Assembly: GCA_964016885.1 (NCBI GenBank)
Contig: OZ024756.1
Coordinates: forward strand, 27,714,001-27,778,000
Direction of reading: 5' to 3'
DNA from: Eledone cirrhosa
Lineage: Eukaryota
DNA: 64,000 bases
Shown: piece after piece, positions 36,481-50,368 of the stretch
How the letters are laid out: each line of letters begins with the position of its first letter
Numbering within the stretch: the first letter of the stretch is position 1
Notes under the pieces: generated by a model
What the model was told of the DNA's origin: nothing
The model's input: only the letters and a program-made list of their open reading frames with translations
Database searches by the model: none
Position numbers and translations under genes: made by a program

Positions 36481-37332
36481 TATAAGAAATGTATAGATAA
36501 GAAATGTATAATCTGTAAACTAAGTCCCCATATTAACTGTAAAACTAGAAATGTAGTGTATAGCATAAGATGTACTGAAGGACAATGTAGAGATAAGAAT
36601 ATAGTGTACATAGGTGAGACAGCTCATAGTATAGGAGAACGGATAAATGAACACTGGCGAGAGCTTCAAGATAGTAAAAAATCATCTGTACTCTACCAAC
36701 ATGCTAAAATAGAACATAAGGGTAAATTAGAGAACATAGAAATAAAAATAGAATCTACACACAGAAAAGACGCAATGTTTAGACAAATCACAGAGGCAAT
36801 AAACATAAATGAACTCCAACCAAAATTAAATAGAAAGCATGAATGGAATAGCAACATCACAACTTACAATTAAGGACAAAATGAAAACACACCCACACAT
36901 AGAACAAACAACCAACCAGTAACATGTAAATAAACAAATAAATAAACAAATATAAACACACACAGACACCCGGATGTAATACATGCGCAAACTAAGCACA
37001 CAACACACACAAAAACAAGATGGCGTAGGACAACAAAGGAGAGGCACAAAAACAAAAGAAAAGAATCCCCAGTCACTGAAGAGGTCACAGAATGTGTGAC
37101 GAAAGAACTTTGACAATATATGAACAATTGCCTGGTTGTGGAACCAACCAACCAACCAACCAACCCGAAATTTATAAATTCCTAAATTTATAAATTTAAT
37201 TTATAATAAATTGAAGTGAAAGCAACTGGTGCGTGTGTTTCTTATTGGCAACATGACCCTCCCAAAGTATAACAATATCGGTTTCAACACACGTTTTCAG
37301 ATAAAGAATCTTGCTAAACAAATTCAGAAACG

Positions 37333-37335
<3 letters not shown>
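36481..37335 (+). mobile_element. 5'-truncated Penelope-like retroelement (Cys-rich linker + GIY-YIG endonuclease + 3' pLTR-like region)
   Basis: Open frame 36481-36873: [12 protein letters not shown]...[13 protein letters not shown]...YIGET...RINEH...LYQHAKIEH...RQITEAINI...PKLN. It carries a hammerhead downstream and is flanked by (TA)n. Confidence 0.88.
37072..37114 (+). ncRNA. Type I hammerhead ribozyme in the 3' region of a Penelope-like element
   Basis: Stem I GUCA/UGAC; CUGAAGA plus one extra G; stem II GUCACA/UGUGAC; GAAAG-aa-CUU. It lies ~200 nt downstream of the GIY-YIG stop. Confidence 0.65.
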
Positions 37336-37387
<52 letters not shown>

Positions 37388-37442
37388 TACACGCATATAT
37401 ATATATATATACAAGCATATATATATATACATATATACACGC

Positions 37443-37473
<31 letters not shown>

Positions 37474-37477
37474 TACA

Positions 37478-37517
<40 letters not shown>

Positions 37518-37556
37518 TATATATATATATATATATACACCCACATATATACACAC

Positions 37557-37718
<162 letters not shown>

Positions 37719-38139
37719 CCACATATATACACACATATATACACACACATATATATATGAGAATATATGGGCTGTGTAGTTGCAGGATAAGGAATACTTA
37801 TAAAAAGAGGAAAGCAAGAACGGGAGAACATTTTCCTTCACCAGTTGTCTGCTGGGGGTCTTGGACATTTCAATGCATATATATATATTTTAATAATAAA
37901 CAAGAAAAAATAAAGTTACTTGAAGAAAAAATGTGTTTATAGAGAAAGAAATATAGCGAAGACACTTTTAATGGTTGCATTTTTAACACAGAGCATATAA
38001 AACAAATTAAGATGACAGATATAACTTCTTAAGTAGTTTAATCCTTACAAATGTTTCAATACAAATCTTTTCTTCAAAAACTGAGCTATTACAGGCAAAT
38101 GTAATCATGATAAAAAATTAATGATAATCAACATCACCA

Positions 38140-38560
38140 TCATCATCATTTTACATTCACTTTTCCTTGCTTGCAAGGGTGGGATGGGTCCTATTCAGCA
38201 CAGCATCTCTCCATTCGTCACAGTCCTTTGTCATCTCTTCTGTGAGCTTCAGCGATTTGAGGTCAGCTCTCACCAACTCCACCCATGTTTTCCGTGGTCT
38301 TCTTCTACTGCGTCTTCCTTCTACCAGGATTTCTTGGTACTTCTTCACCCAGCAGTCATCTTCCATGTGCATCACATAGCCATACCAATGCAGTCTTCTC
38401 TCTCATACACTACAGTTTATTCCTCTTATATACAGTTTCACTCTCAATTGGTCCATGCTTGGGTCATTCACGCACATTGACATTGTACATCCATCGGAGC
38501 ATGCTTGCTTCATTTCTCTCCAGCTTTCACATATTCTCTGCAATTACTGCCCATGTCTGA
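38140..38560 (-). mobile_element. RTE-clade LINE 3' fragment (same family as 27905-28200)
   Basis: MHMEDDCWVKKYQEILVEGRRSRRRPRKTWVELVRADL...EWRDAVLNRTHPTLASKEK. Confidence 0.85.
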
Positions 38561-40708
38561 TGATAAATAATTATAATAATAGTAACTAGAGCAATAGTGT
38601 ATATATTTTACGCTAGTTTGTGTTTAAAAAAGTTTGTATTTCCTCAGAAGATTAAACATCTTTATCAAAGAAAAATGAGCACAGCGAGTTTGAGACATGT
38701 CATTTCATTTTAGAGACTACATCTCTAAACTGTTTCTCGAGGTTAACTTTGCCTTTCATCCTAACGGGGGTCGATAAAATAAGGTACCAGTAATACACTG
38801 GGATAATTGCTGGCCTTGTGCCTATTGTAGAAACAATTATTATAATTATTATCGTTAATATTATTATTATTATGATCACATTTGCTTAGTTCGGTGTTTG
38901 AAGAAAAACTTTGTATTGAAACAACTGTAATGATTAAACTGTATTAGAGCTTAATTTTGTTATCTTAATTTGTAATATATATATCTCTCTAGTGGGTCCG
39001 GGTATGCTTTTTACATTCATTTGATTTATTGATTTATTGATAATTTATCTGAGTGTCCCGAATCTTCCATATCGCAATTTTTCGGTCGTTTTGGTTGATT
39101 GTAGACATATTCTACGTGTGACGGTATTTTAACGATAGTTATAGCTCTGATTTATTTGAATTATGGAGCCCTCTGCCGCTCATCTCGAATTTTGTTTATC
39201 GTGAACTCGTGCGCCGATTTTTCGATACTCGATTATTCTACTATATATATATATATATAATAAAGGAATTTAATAAAGGAATTGTGGTAAGGAACCAGAT
39301 GGACCATAAAGCAACCAGAGTACTCAATACCTACATAAACGTCTATTGTATATATATAACGAACTTCAGTGGTCTGGAGTGCAGGCTTCAAACCTGTAGC
39401 TGACTGACATCAGAATGGTTCAATTCCACCTTACGAGGAGTCTCTTTTTCTTTTTGTAGGTGGTGCTATTAAGTTAGACATAGTCTGGGCCATTACTGGC
39501 CTAAACCTATCAAAGTTATATATCGACAGTCGATCGACTTTCGTCAAATCGGACCGAGGAAACAATGTTTCCGTTGGTCTTTCCAATTGCTAGTACTATC
39601 TATCGGTTGCAACTCCAGGTAGAAGGAGCAACGTGAAATAAAGTGTCTTGCTCAAGGACATAACGCATCGCCCGGTCCGGGAATCGAACTTACAACCTCA
39701 CGATTAGGAATCCAATTCTCTAACCACTCGGCCACACGAATAATAATATATATATAATATATATAATAATATATATAATATATATAATTATATATATCAT
39801 CATCATCATCATCATCATCGTTTAACGTCTATCTTCCACGCTAGCATGGGTTTAGACGTGAATTGTCCCACGTGAGGCAAGATTGGTTGTCTTGCTCGTA
39901 TAGGACTGATATATATACATATTTATTAAAATATTATTTCTATATATATACATATACATATACATATACATATATATATATGTGTGCGTGTGTGTGTGTG
40001 CATGTGTATATATTATTCAAGTAAAGGAACTTTGGTTGATCAGATAATCGTCTGACTATAATGTAAACAGACATAAGCACTCCACAACGTGGTTCTCTGA
40101 AGGTGGTATATATATACAAGGTATCTGACAGAGTGTCTATATTATAAAGAAGAGAGACTTTTTTTTTTTGTATACATCCTCTGTTTATTATATAATCCTC
40201 TTATGGGCATTATTTATTGTTTCTACTTTTGGCACAAGGCCCAAAATTACTCCAGTGCATTACTGGTACTTTATTTTATCAACCCCGTAAGGATGAAAGG
40301 CAAAGTTAAACTTGGCAGGATTTGAACTCAAACAGAGTTAGTACACATAAAACCGTCTCTCTTCTTTATGAAGAGGAGCCTCTCTTAGCCAACAGAGTAG
40401 ACAAAAAAACTCTAGAGAGTTTGAAAAATTTAGTCTACAGACTGATTTCAAGCCAGATTTGCCTCCCCTGTTTCAAATATAAAGATCTCCACGGTTTGGA
40501 GGAAAGATTAGTCAAGGGACAATCAATTCCCTTCTCATATTTTTGTCCACATGCCTCCTCCAATATACAGCGGTGGCCATGACTGGAACCCAAAACCATT
40601 GGTAGCACATACATGTTAAATGTATGAAACTTTGTTTATACTATACACACACACATATATATATACACACACACACATATATATATACATATATACATAC
40701 ATATATAC

Positions 40709-40742
<34 letters not shown>

Positions 40743-41527
40743 CATCATCATCATCATTATTTTATGTCCGCTTTTTCCCTGCTTGCAAGGGTGGGACAGG
40801 AACTGATTCTGGCTTGATTTCTACAGCTGGATGCCCTTCCTAACACCAACCTCATTTACAGTGAGTGCTGGGTGCTTTTTTTCCGTGGCGCTTACACGTC
40901 CACTTTGCAGTGGAATGATAGGGACCCCAGTCACTATCATCTCATTTCTACAGCTGAGTAAACTGGAGCAATGTGAAATAAAGTGTCTTGCTCAAGGAAA
41001 CAACACATTACCCGGTCTGAGAATTGAACTCATAACCTTTCGATTGCAAGGCCAATGCTCTAACCACTAAGCCATGTGCCTTCATATATATAAAATATAC
41101 ACACACACATATATATATGTGTGTATATATATATATACATATATATAAAATATAATATACTAAGTCATTTGGGCTTTCAGTTTTGAGTTTCTGTTAACTT
41201 TTACAGTTTTTGTGTCTTAACTACTTCTACTAATGCTATTAGTATTATTATTGTTGTTGTTGTTGCTGTCGTTGTTATTGTTGTTGTTGTTGTATCTGTT
41301 GTCATTGCTGTTGTTGTTCTATCTGTTGTTATTGTTGTTGCTGCTGTCGTCGTTGTTGTTGTTGCTGTTCTTGTTGTTATTGTTGTTGTCATATCTGTTG
41401 TTGTTGGTGTTGTTGTCATTATCATTGTTGTTGTCGTTGCTGTTGTTGTTGGCGGTGGTGGTGATGGTTTATTTAGTTTGAGTTGTGTGATACTTTTGGG
41501 GTCTTTTGTGTTTTTTTGTTTTTTTTT

Positions 41528-42423
41528 TCATTGAATGGATTCGAGGGAATTTTTCATGGCGAAGTTCGTTTGAGGCGTTAGCGTCATATTCTTTTCCTTA
41601 TAGAATGAGCATCTTTTCAGTTTTCCAAACCATCTACCAATGGCTATCATTGGCCTGTCATAGGGTTCCAATGAGTGCATCCACAAAGGCAGAAAGTTCC
41701 ACGTTCTTAGGACTTCTGGTAGATAGCTTGGTAAATGTCTCTGGAGTATGTTCATGATAATAGCGAATAGCAAGACCAGACCAAGCGGACCAAATACACC
41801 GACCCATGCAGGCCATCCTCCCAAGGATACTGCAAATACAAGACCAGGTAACAACAAGAACATGGCGATGAGATACACAATGGCAAACCAACGATACTTT
41901 GCTGTTGTATTGCCTAGTTTTTTGCTGAAACCAATCGGAATATTTCTCAAGAATGGTATTGGATACCAAATGAGGATGCCGCTTACATTGAAGAACAAGT
42001 GGCAGAATGCAATCCGCAGAGCTAGTTTGAGGCTTTCACCGGATGATGTCATAGCAGCCATAATTGCAGTGAAGGTCGTGCCGATATTTGCTCCCAGCGT
42101 CAGGGGATACATACGTTTCAAAGAGATGACACCAACGCCAACAAGTGGAGTGAGTGTTGAGGTGAAAATGGAACTGCTCTGAACCAGAAACGTCAATGCC
42201 GTACCTGCAATGATAGCCAAATAACCAGTTAGACAACCGAATGGGCTTGGTAGTTTGGCGTTGACAACTTTCTTAATCATTTTCGCTGTGTTGCCTTTCA
42301 TTACAGTATGGAGAATCTTCACTATGGCTATTAAGCAAAAACAAAGCACAACCAATGAAATAACTAGTAGAATAATTCCGATTAAAGTGTCATTTAGTGT
42401 AGTGTTCGCAAATGCATGGTTAC
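41528..42423 (-). CDS. SLC34A2: Sodium-dependent phosphate cotransporter NaPi-II (SLC34A2-like), last exon
   Basis: TTTTGCAG acceptor; (C)NHAFANTTLNDTLIGIILL...FLVQSSSIFTSTLTPLVGVG...YPLTLGANIGTT...CHLFFNVSGILIWYPIP...AKYRWFA...WNFLPLWMHSLEPYD...SIQ*. AATAAA on the minus strand at 41473-41468. Confidence 0.96.
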
Positions 42424-43849
42424 CTGCAAAATAGACAAACAGATGAGTAAATAAATAAATAAATAAATAAATAAGTAAACAAACAAATAAATTAAGGGGA
42501 GATTACTCTATTGGTGACATCTGATGCCCACAGCACCAAGAGGATTAATTTTCTGTTTATTACAGCAAAAGTTTGAATATAGATACTCAAACCTTGCTAT
42601 AACAGCTTCCGTATTTCCCAGCATCGAAGTTGCTACTATTTTCCTAGAATAAGTCTAAAAAATCTACCAAGTATCCTGGAGGCCGAAGGTTGTTTATTAT
42701 TTTTTTGGCAGTATCAGTAGAGAGTCGAACACCATGCTTTGCAGCATAGAGTTGCGGCCCTTTATGGCCTGAGTTCAAATCCCACCGGGGTTAACTTTGC
42801 TTTTCATCCTTATGGTGTCGATAAAATAAATTGCCAAAAGAGGAAACAATTATTTTTTTTCAAATTTTTGGTCGTCAAAATTAGGGTGCATCCTCAAGGA
42901 AGAAGTGTCTTTGGCGCCGGGAAATACGGTAATTAATAAATAAATAAATTAATTAATTAATTCGATAAATAAAACATAGTTGTAAATGATGTGACACGGG
43001 AACAGATATAGAACATTTTAAGGAGAAGAAAGTAAATTAAATCGACCCCAGTGTGTTACTGGTATTTTATTTTATTGACCCCCCCCCCCCTTCCCATAAG
43101 GATGAAAGGCAAGGTTAACCTTGAATGGATTTGATCTCAGAAGGTAAAGGGTCAAAACATATTGTCAGACGCCTCTACTGATTCTGCTAATTCACCACCC
43201 TCAATGATAATAAAAATAATAATTGTTTCTACCTTTGTCACAAGGCCAGCAAATACCCCAGTACATTACTGGTAATTTATTTTATGGACCTCCGTAAGGA
43301 TGAAAGGCAAAGTTAACCTCAGTGGAATTTGAACTCAGATCGTAAAGGGCCATAACTCTATGCTGCAAAGCATGGTGTCCCACACTCAGTGATAGTAGTG
43401 GTAGTGGTAGTAGTATTTTGATGGCTAGTCCCAGTGGCGACGGCGGTGGGAGTATTACATGCTGACATGTTAGTGTCTGTGGTTCTGTTGTTGGTGGAAG
43501 GGTGGGGGGAAATGATGGAGGTGCTTTTGCTTCTTGTTTTTATGATTGTAGTTGTTGTTTTTAGTGCTAAATTTTGTTGGTGTCTAGTTCTGGCTGCCTG
43601 CTAAGCTCAAAGTAGCTTTTGTTACTGCTGCTAATTACATTATTTTAATTAGGTGGGTATTGAAAATTATAATTATCAGCGAGAAACTCATTTTAGCTGT
43701 TCTTTTCACAGAGGGAAAACATTTTGATTGTCCTGCTCAGCAGAAGCATGGACAGACTTCATTCTACCTTCGTTTGTTTGTTAAAAATAGCGGCGTATTA
43801 TTTCGTTTGGATTTTTGTTAGTTTCTAATTCATGCGTCATATATGTGTG

Positions 43850-43942
43850 TGTGTGTCTGTGAAATATATACACATATACAAGATCTGAACACAGAAGGAC
43901 CAAATTCCCACTGTCACTGCCTCAGGTGACTGTGTGTCTGTG

Positions 43943-44018
<76 letters not shown>

Positions 44019-44268
44019 CAGGTCTGAACACAGAGGAACCAAACTCCCACTGTCACTGCCACAGTGTGAGTGAGTGTCTGTGAAACATATATATATATGT
44101 ATATATACACCAGGTCTGAACACAGAGGAACCAAACTCCCACTGTCACTGCCACAGTGTGAGTGAGTGTCTGTGAAACATATATATATATGTATATATAC
44201 ACCAGGTCTGAACACAGAGGAACCAAACTCCCACTGTCACTGCCACAGTGTGAGTGAGTGTCTGTGAA

Positions 44269-44301
<33 letters not shown>

Positions 44302-44525
44302 CCAGGTCTGAACACAGAGGAACCAAACTCCCACTGTCACTGCCACAGTGTGAGTGAGTGTCTGTGAAATATACATGTATATATACACCAGGTCTGAACA
44401 CAAAGGAACCAAACTCCCACTGTCACTGGATTGGTGTGAGTGAGTGTCTGTGAAATATATATATATATATATATACACCAGGTCTCAACACAAAGGAACC
44501 AAACTCCCACTGTCACTGTCACAGT
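43850..44525. repeat. ~92-bp tandem repeat with variable (AT)n spacer (~7 copies)
   Basis: CACCAGGTCTGAACACAGAGGAACCAAACTCCCACTGTCACTGCCACAGTGTGAGTGAGTGTCTGTGAAA-(AT)n. Confidence 0.9.
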
Positions 44526-44614
44526 CTACCTCACTCTCTCCATCTCTCACTATTGTGAGCAAATTGGGGGCCCATGCGCTGGCTACTTCGTGGCCCCGGT
44601 GGAGAGAATAAAGA

Positions 44615-44800
44615 AGGCATGATGAGGGAGATACGCTGGAAGAGCCAATCCAGCTCATGAGGCTCACACTTGCAGGTAGCCAACTCTGTGCCGATGGTGG
44701 TGAGTAGGGAGGTGGTCCTAGGCCCAAGGATACGAGAAGTCTCCACTGTCACGAGCTTGACCGAAAAAACCTGTCGGAGAGTAACTGATATTTGAAGAAT
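44615..44800 (-). mobile_element. Decayed CRE-like RLE retrotransposon C-terminal fragment
   Basis: KYQLLSDRFF...VETSRILGPRTTSLLTTIG...ELDWLFQRISL resembles the CRE-clade VET.G..G...WL.QRIS motif. Confidence 0.55.
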
Positions 44801-45172
44801 TAAAATACAGATTTTGTCCTTAAGGGCGTAATGCTCAAGATCATTGCAAAATATAGAGGGAGTCCTTATTTAAATGAATTTTACAAAGCCTCAAACATAT
44901 AATTTTTTTTTTTTATCATTTCTAATTTATTTGTGGTAAAAATAGTATAAACATATTATTTACGGTAACAATAATAATAATAATTGTTTCTACTTTAGGC
45001 ACAAGGCCAGCAATTACCCCAGTGCATTACTGGTACTTTATTTTATCGACCCCGTAAGGATGAAAGGCAAAGTTAACCTCAGTGGGATTTGAACTCAGAT
45101 CATAAAGGGCCGTAACTCTATGCGTCAAAGCATGGCGTCCGACTCTCTACCGATACTGCCAATCCACCGCCC

Positions 45173-45600
45173 TAATAATAATTGTTTCTACTTTAGGCAC
45201 AAGGCCAGCAATTACCCAGTACATTACTGGTACTAATAATAATTGTTTCTACTTTTGGCACAAGGCCAGCAATTACCCAGTACATTACTGGTACTAATAA
45301 TAATTGTTTCTACTTTAGGCACAAGGCCAGCAATTACCCAGTACATTACTGGTACTAATAATAATTGTTTCTACTTTAGGCACAAGGCCAGCAATTACCC
45401 AGTACATTACTGGTACTAATAATAATTGTTTCTACTTTTGGCACAAGGCCAGCAATTACCCAGTACATTACTGGTACTAATAATAATTGTTTCTACTTTA
45501 GGCACAAGGCCAGCAATTACCCAGTACATTACTGGTACTAATAATAATTGTTTCTACTTTAGGCACAAGGCCAGCAATTACCCAGTACATTACTGGTACT
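45173..45600. repeat. 61-bp tandem repeat (7 copies) of the SINE-A 3' end
   Basis: ATTGTTTCTAC recurs every 61 nt from 45181 to 45547 and runs on into a SINE-A body. Confidence 0.92.
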
Positions 45601-45856
45601 TTATTTTATCGACCCCGTAAGGATGAAAGGCAAAGTCAACCTCGGTGGGATTTGAACTCAGAACATTGACAGCAATAATATAAAAAAAAGGGAAACAAAA
45701 GGAAAGAAAGAATAAGGAAATATAGAGAGAAAAGAAAGAAAGAAAGAAGAAAAAGAACGGGAAGGGGAGGGGAGGGCAAGCGCTCCGGTGTTGCAGAAGA
45801 GAAGGGAGGGGTGAGGGGGGGGGGTGATTGGGGTTTGGGCCTAGGGCGAGAGGGCA

Positions 45857-46491
45857 GATGGTGATGATGATAGTGGTGGTGGTGGTGGTGGTGTTGGTGT
45901 TGTTGTTGGTGGCGATGGTGGTGGTGTCGGTGGTGATGATGATGGTGTTGATGGTGGTGATGGTGGTGATGGTGGTGGTGGTGTCGGTGGTGATGATGAT
46001 GGTGTTGATGGTGGTGATGGTGGTGATGGTGGTGGTGGTGGTGTTGGTGTTGTTGTTGGTGGCGATGGTGGTGGTGTCGGTGGTGATGATGATGGTGTTG
46101 ATGGTGGTGATGGTGGTGATGGTGGTGGTGTCGGTGGTGATGATGATGGTGTTGATGGTGGTGATGGTGGTGATGGTGGTGGTGGTGGTGTTGGTGTTGT
46201 TGTTGTTGGTGGCGATGGTGGTGGTGTCGGTGGTGATGATGATGGTGTTGATGGTGGTGGTGGTGGTGATGGTGATGGTGGTGATGGTAGTGGTGGTGGT
46301 GGTGATGGTGGTGGTGGTGGTGGTGGTGATGGTAGTGGTGATGGTGATGGTGGTGATGGTGGTGGTGGTGGTGGTGATGGTGGTGGTGGTGATGGTGGTG
46401 ATGGTGATGGTGGTGGTGGTGGTGGTGGTGGTGGTGGTGGTGGTGATGGTGGTGATGGTGGTGATGGTGGTGGTGGTGGTGGTGATGGTGG
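45857..46491. repeat. (GGT/GAT/GTT)n trinucleotide array with higher-order duplication
   Basis: Seen directly; intronic in SLC34. Confidence 0.95.
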
Positions 46492-46556
46492 TTAGTCACT
46501 GCAACGGGGAACATGATAACAAGAATAAAATATAGGCTCAAAATCATTTTTCTTAC

Positions 46557-46682
46557 ACTTCTTCCAGTCTTTGGTAAGGTTTAGTACTTCTTGATCACTC
46601 CAAGTTAAATTAAAGTCCGGCTGTGGATCAATAAAACAATCCATTTGTGAGAAATTTTGAGCTGCTGCTAACTTTTCTGGAC
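46557..46682 (-). CDS. SLC34A2: NaPi-II extracellular-loop exon
   Basis: TTCCAG acceptor, GTAAGA donor; SPEKLAAAQNFSQMDCFIDPQPDFNLTWSDQEVLNLTKDWKK. Phase 1/1 recreates the conserved Cys of C-x-H-x-F at the next junction. Three N-glycosylation sequons. Confidence 0.8.
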
Positions 46683-48813
46683 CTGGAATTATTGCAAATG
46701 TATATATTTACACACAAATATAATATAATTGTTTCTACTTTTGGCACAAGGCCAGCAATTACCCAGTACATTACTGGTACTTTATTTTATCGACCCCCCG
46801 TAAGGATGAAAGGCAAAGTTAACCTCGACGGGATTTGAACTCAGACTGTAAAGGGACATAACTATGCTAGAAAGCATGGTGTCCAACCCTCTACCGATAC
46901 TGCCAATTCCCATACAAATATAGTATAACATAAGGGCTGTGCTCCAGCTTGGCCTCAGCCGGATGGCTGGAACAGGTAAAAGAGTAATATAATTGTTTCT
47001 ACTTTTGGCACAAGGCCAGCACTTTCCCCAGTGCATTACTGGTACTTTATTTCATTGACCCCGTAAGGATGAAAGGCAAAGCTAACCTCGGCAAGATTTG
47101 AACTCAGAACGTAAAGGGCTATAACTTTGTGCTGCAAAGCATGGTCTCTGATGCTCTACTGATATTGCCAATATGATATAATTTAATATAATATAATATA
47201 ATATAATATAATATAATATAATTGTTTCTACTTTAGGCACAAGGCCAGCAATTACCCAGTGCATTACTGGTACTTTATTTTATTGACCCCTTAAGGATGA
47301 AAGGCAAAGTCAACCTCGGCGGGATTTGAACTCAGATTGTAAAGGGACGTAACTATGCTGGAACTTTATTTCACATTGCTCCAGTTTACTTAGCTGTAGA
47401 AATGAGATGATAGGACTGGGGTCCCTATCATCCCACTGCAAAGTGGTCATGGAGGTGCCACGGCAAAAAAGCGCCCACCACTCACTGTAAAGGAGGTTGG
47501 TGTTAGGAAGGGCATCCAGCTGTAGAAATCAAGCCAGAATCAGTTTCCGTATATGAGTAAGACAAGATCAGCCGACTGGACACTGCCCACAATAATAGGA
47601 CAACCCGTCTAACCCATGCTAGCGTGGAAGAACGGACGTAAAACGGTGATGATGATGATGATGAATATAATACAATACAATACAATACAATATAATATAA
47701 TTGTTTCTACTTTTGGCACAAGGCCAGCAATTATCCTAGTCTATTACTGGTACTTTATTTTATTGACCCTGTAAGGATGAAAGGCAAGGTTAACCTCGAT
47801 GAGATTTGAACTCAGTCCGTAAAGGGCCGTAACTCTTTGCTGCAAAGCATGGCGTTCGACCCTCTACTGATACTTCCATAATATGATATGATATAATGTG
47901 ATATAATATAAAATCAGTAAGGTGATGAAGCTAAGCTTCACCAATAATTTAAGACCCACGGCACTTGGAGATGTATGTGTGTATGGACCTATAAGTCCTG
48001 GTAGAGTCATATAGACATACGGCACGGCATTTCTTGGGCATTTTGTTTAACCCTTTAACATTTACATTACTCTCTATATATACTATTATATTTTCATGGA
48101 ATAAGTATTTACCTCACATAATATGGAACCTATGAGATTTTGATGTTATTTATTTTGAGAACAATACCTTAACATCAGTATGAGTGGCTGGTTACAGCCA
48201 GTTTGAACAGAAAGAGGTAAGAGAATTCTGGCCAGGTACGGCTGGTTTAAATGCTAAAGGGTTAAACCTGGCGTAGCCCATGTCTTCTCCAGATTTGAAT
48301 ATGGCCAATTTCTTTCCTTCCAAAGTAAGGAAAGTGAGTGATAGAAAGGGGAAGTGAGAAAGTGATATAGAGGAAGAATTGATGCCAGTATTAAACTGGT
48401 ACTTTTTTTTATCGACTTCGAAAGGATGAAAGGCAAAGTTGATATTATTTATTTTGAGAACAATACCTTAATAGCTGGTTTGTCCAGAAAGAAGTGAGAG
48501 AATTCTGGCCGGATATGGTTGGTTTAACCCTTTAGCATTCACATTATTTTATATATACTATTATATTTTCATGGTAAAGGCTTTATCTCACATAATTATC
48601 TCACATTATATCGAATCTATGAGATTTTGAAAGTATTTATTTTGAGAACAATACCTTAACATCAGTTTGAGTGACCAGTTACAGCCAGTTTCAACAAAAA
48701 GAGGTAGAGAATTCTGGCCGGTTTTGGCCGGTTTGAACACTAAAGGGTTAAATGCTAAAGGGTTAAACATTTACAAATAATAATTTAAAAAAGAAAAAAG
48801 TTTGTATAATTAC

Positions 48814-48928
48814 TAGAAAAGGAAAATGTTTGAGACTCATTAAGAGGTAACGGTTTGTCACACCATCTTTTTACGAGACTTTCTACATCTTCGCCATTGG
48901 CAATCTTCTTTAAACATTCCGAGTCCAA
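48814..48928 (-). CDS. SLC34A2: NaPi-II exon
   Basis: TTTACAG acceptor; LDSECLKKIANGEDVESLVKRWCDKPLPLNESQTFSFS; GTAATT donor (3' boundary less certain). Confidence 0.82.
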
Positions 48929-50060
48929 CTGTAAAAATTTAGAAAACATTAAATTTACTGGTAATATTTCTTTAAAAATATCAATATGTATGTATGTATG
49001 TATGTATGTCGGGTTGTTGGCGACTAAACTGGCAACCACACCAAGGTTTCTTGGTGAGGAGGGTGACTTTGGACATCCTGCAGGACTAAAAACAAAACCT
49101 GTCAATGGGCAAAGGAGCTCTTAAGAGTCAATGGCCATCCAAAATCACTGGGAGAGATGACCCCTTAGCCTTTGTCAAGGCAGAATTCTAGGAGAAGGAA
49201 AACTCTGATATAACACCTGCAACCCTGATGGTATCCAATGATGTTGACTTGTTCTTCTTTTTGGTAAATATCATCTTGGTTAAGAGAGTGGGACTGGCTT
49301 TGTGCAGTGCCTTTGCTCACTATAAAAGCTTCACGGCACAGGCATTGCTTTATATCTGGAGATCTCTCTGCACTTGTCGTCACATGGTACCATGAGCCCA
49401 GCACTATGTGTCAATAATTGTCACAAGTGTAGTGTTTGTACCAGAGTTTTCAAGTCGCTGGCTGGACTAAAAAGTCACACTCGTTCAGCGCATCGGTAGG
49501 GGTTCTCCTACATGGATATAAAGTAGTGGCCGTACTCGAAAACGAGTTGGCAGCCACCATGTATGCATGTATGTATGTATGTATGTATGTATGTATGTAT
49601 GTATGTATGTATGTATGTATGTATGTATGTATGTATGTATGTATGTATGTTCTTCTGGTTTTATAATTTCACAAATGTTTGCCAATAAAGAGAGAGAGTC
49701 GATTTCTAACATAGATACAAGACTTTCTCATTGGAATTTACACAACATCAACTAGGTAGATATGTCTGCATGTCTGCATGCAGGCATGTGTAGGTATGGA
49801 TGTTATTGTATGTGTGGATGTGTATGTTTTGAGTTGTATGTGTGTATGTTTTGAGTTGTATGCTTTGTATCTGTACATGTGTATATGCAATTATTAGATG
49901 CAGAATTTTTGGAATGTTTTACATATTTTTACTGTTCCATTAATGGATTGTACTTGTAATTTCCTAACTAGTTGTGTTCTTTCAGTTTCAACAACGACGA
50001 CAACAATGACGAGGAAATACGTATTGTATATTTTTCTTTTTCTTTAAATAATCGTCTTAC

Positions 50061-50368
50061 TTGTATGATGAGATCAGTGAAAGGTCGAGTGATCACTTGG
50101 AGTAGTTCGATTTTATCGAATTTCGTATTACCGCTGATACTGTCCATAATAGCACCCGTGAGTCGGTAAAGATAACCACTAGCGGCTTCCAACGGCAGCA
50201 AGATTAATACCGTCAACCAGTTAAACATGTCCAAGATTGTAGCGGCGGCGAAAGCTCGGCGAAACTCGTTTCGGTCGCCCGCTTGAGCCAAGGAGACGAT
50301 GGTGTTTGTTATTGAAGTACCAATATTGGCACCCATCACTAGCGGAATGGTTGATTTCACGCTGATAA
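50061..50368 (-). CDS. SLC34A2: NaPi-II exon
   Basis: ISVKSTIPLVMGANIGTSITNTIVSLAQAGDRNEFRRAFAAATILDMFNWLTVLILLPLE...TRPFTDLIIQ; TTCCAG acceptor, GTAAGA donor. Confidence 0.95.

Noticed and set aside
43850-44525. Repeat/spacer array with a CACAGTG RSS-like heptamer
   Set aside because: The spacers are only (AT)n length variants, and no nonamer lies at 12 or 23 bp.
45636-46547. 303-aa poly-His ORF
   Set aside because: It is a trinucleotide array in an SLC34 intron, open on both strands only because of its composition.
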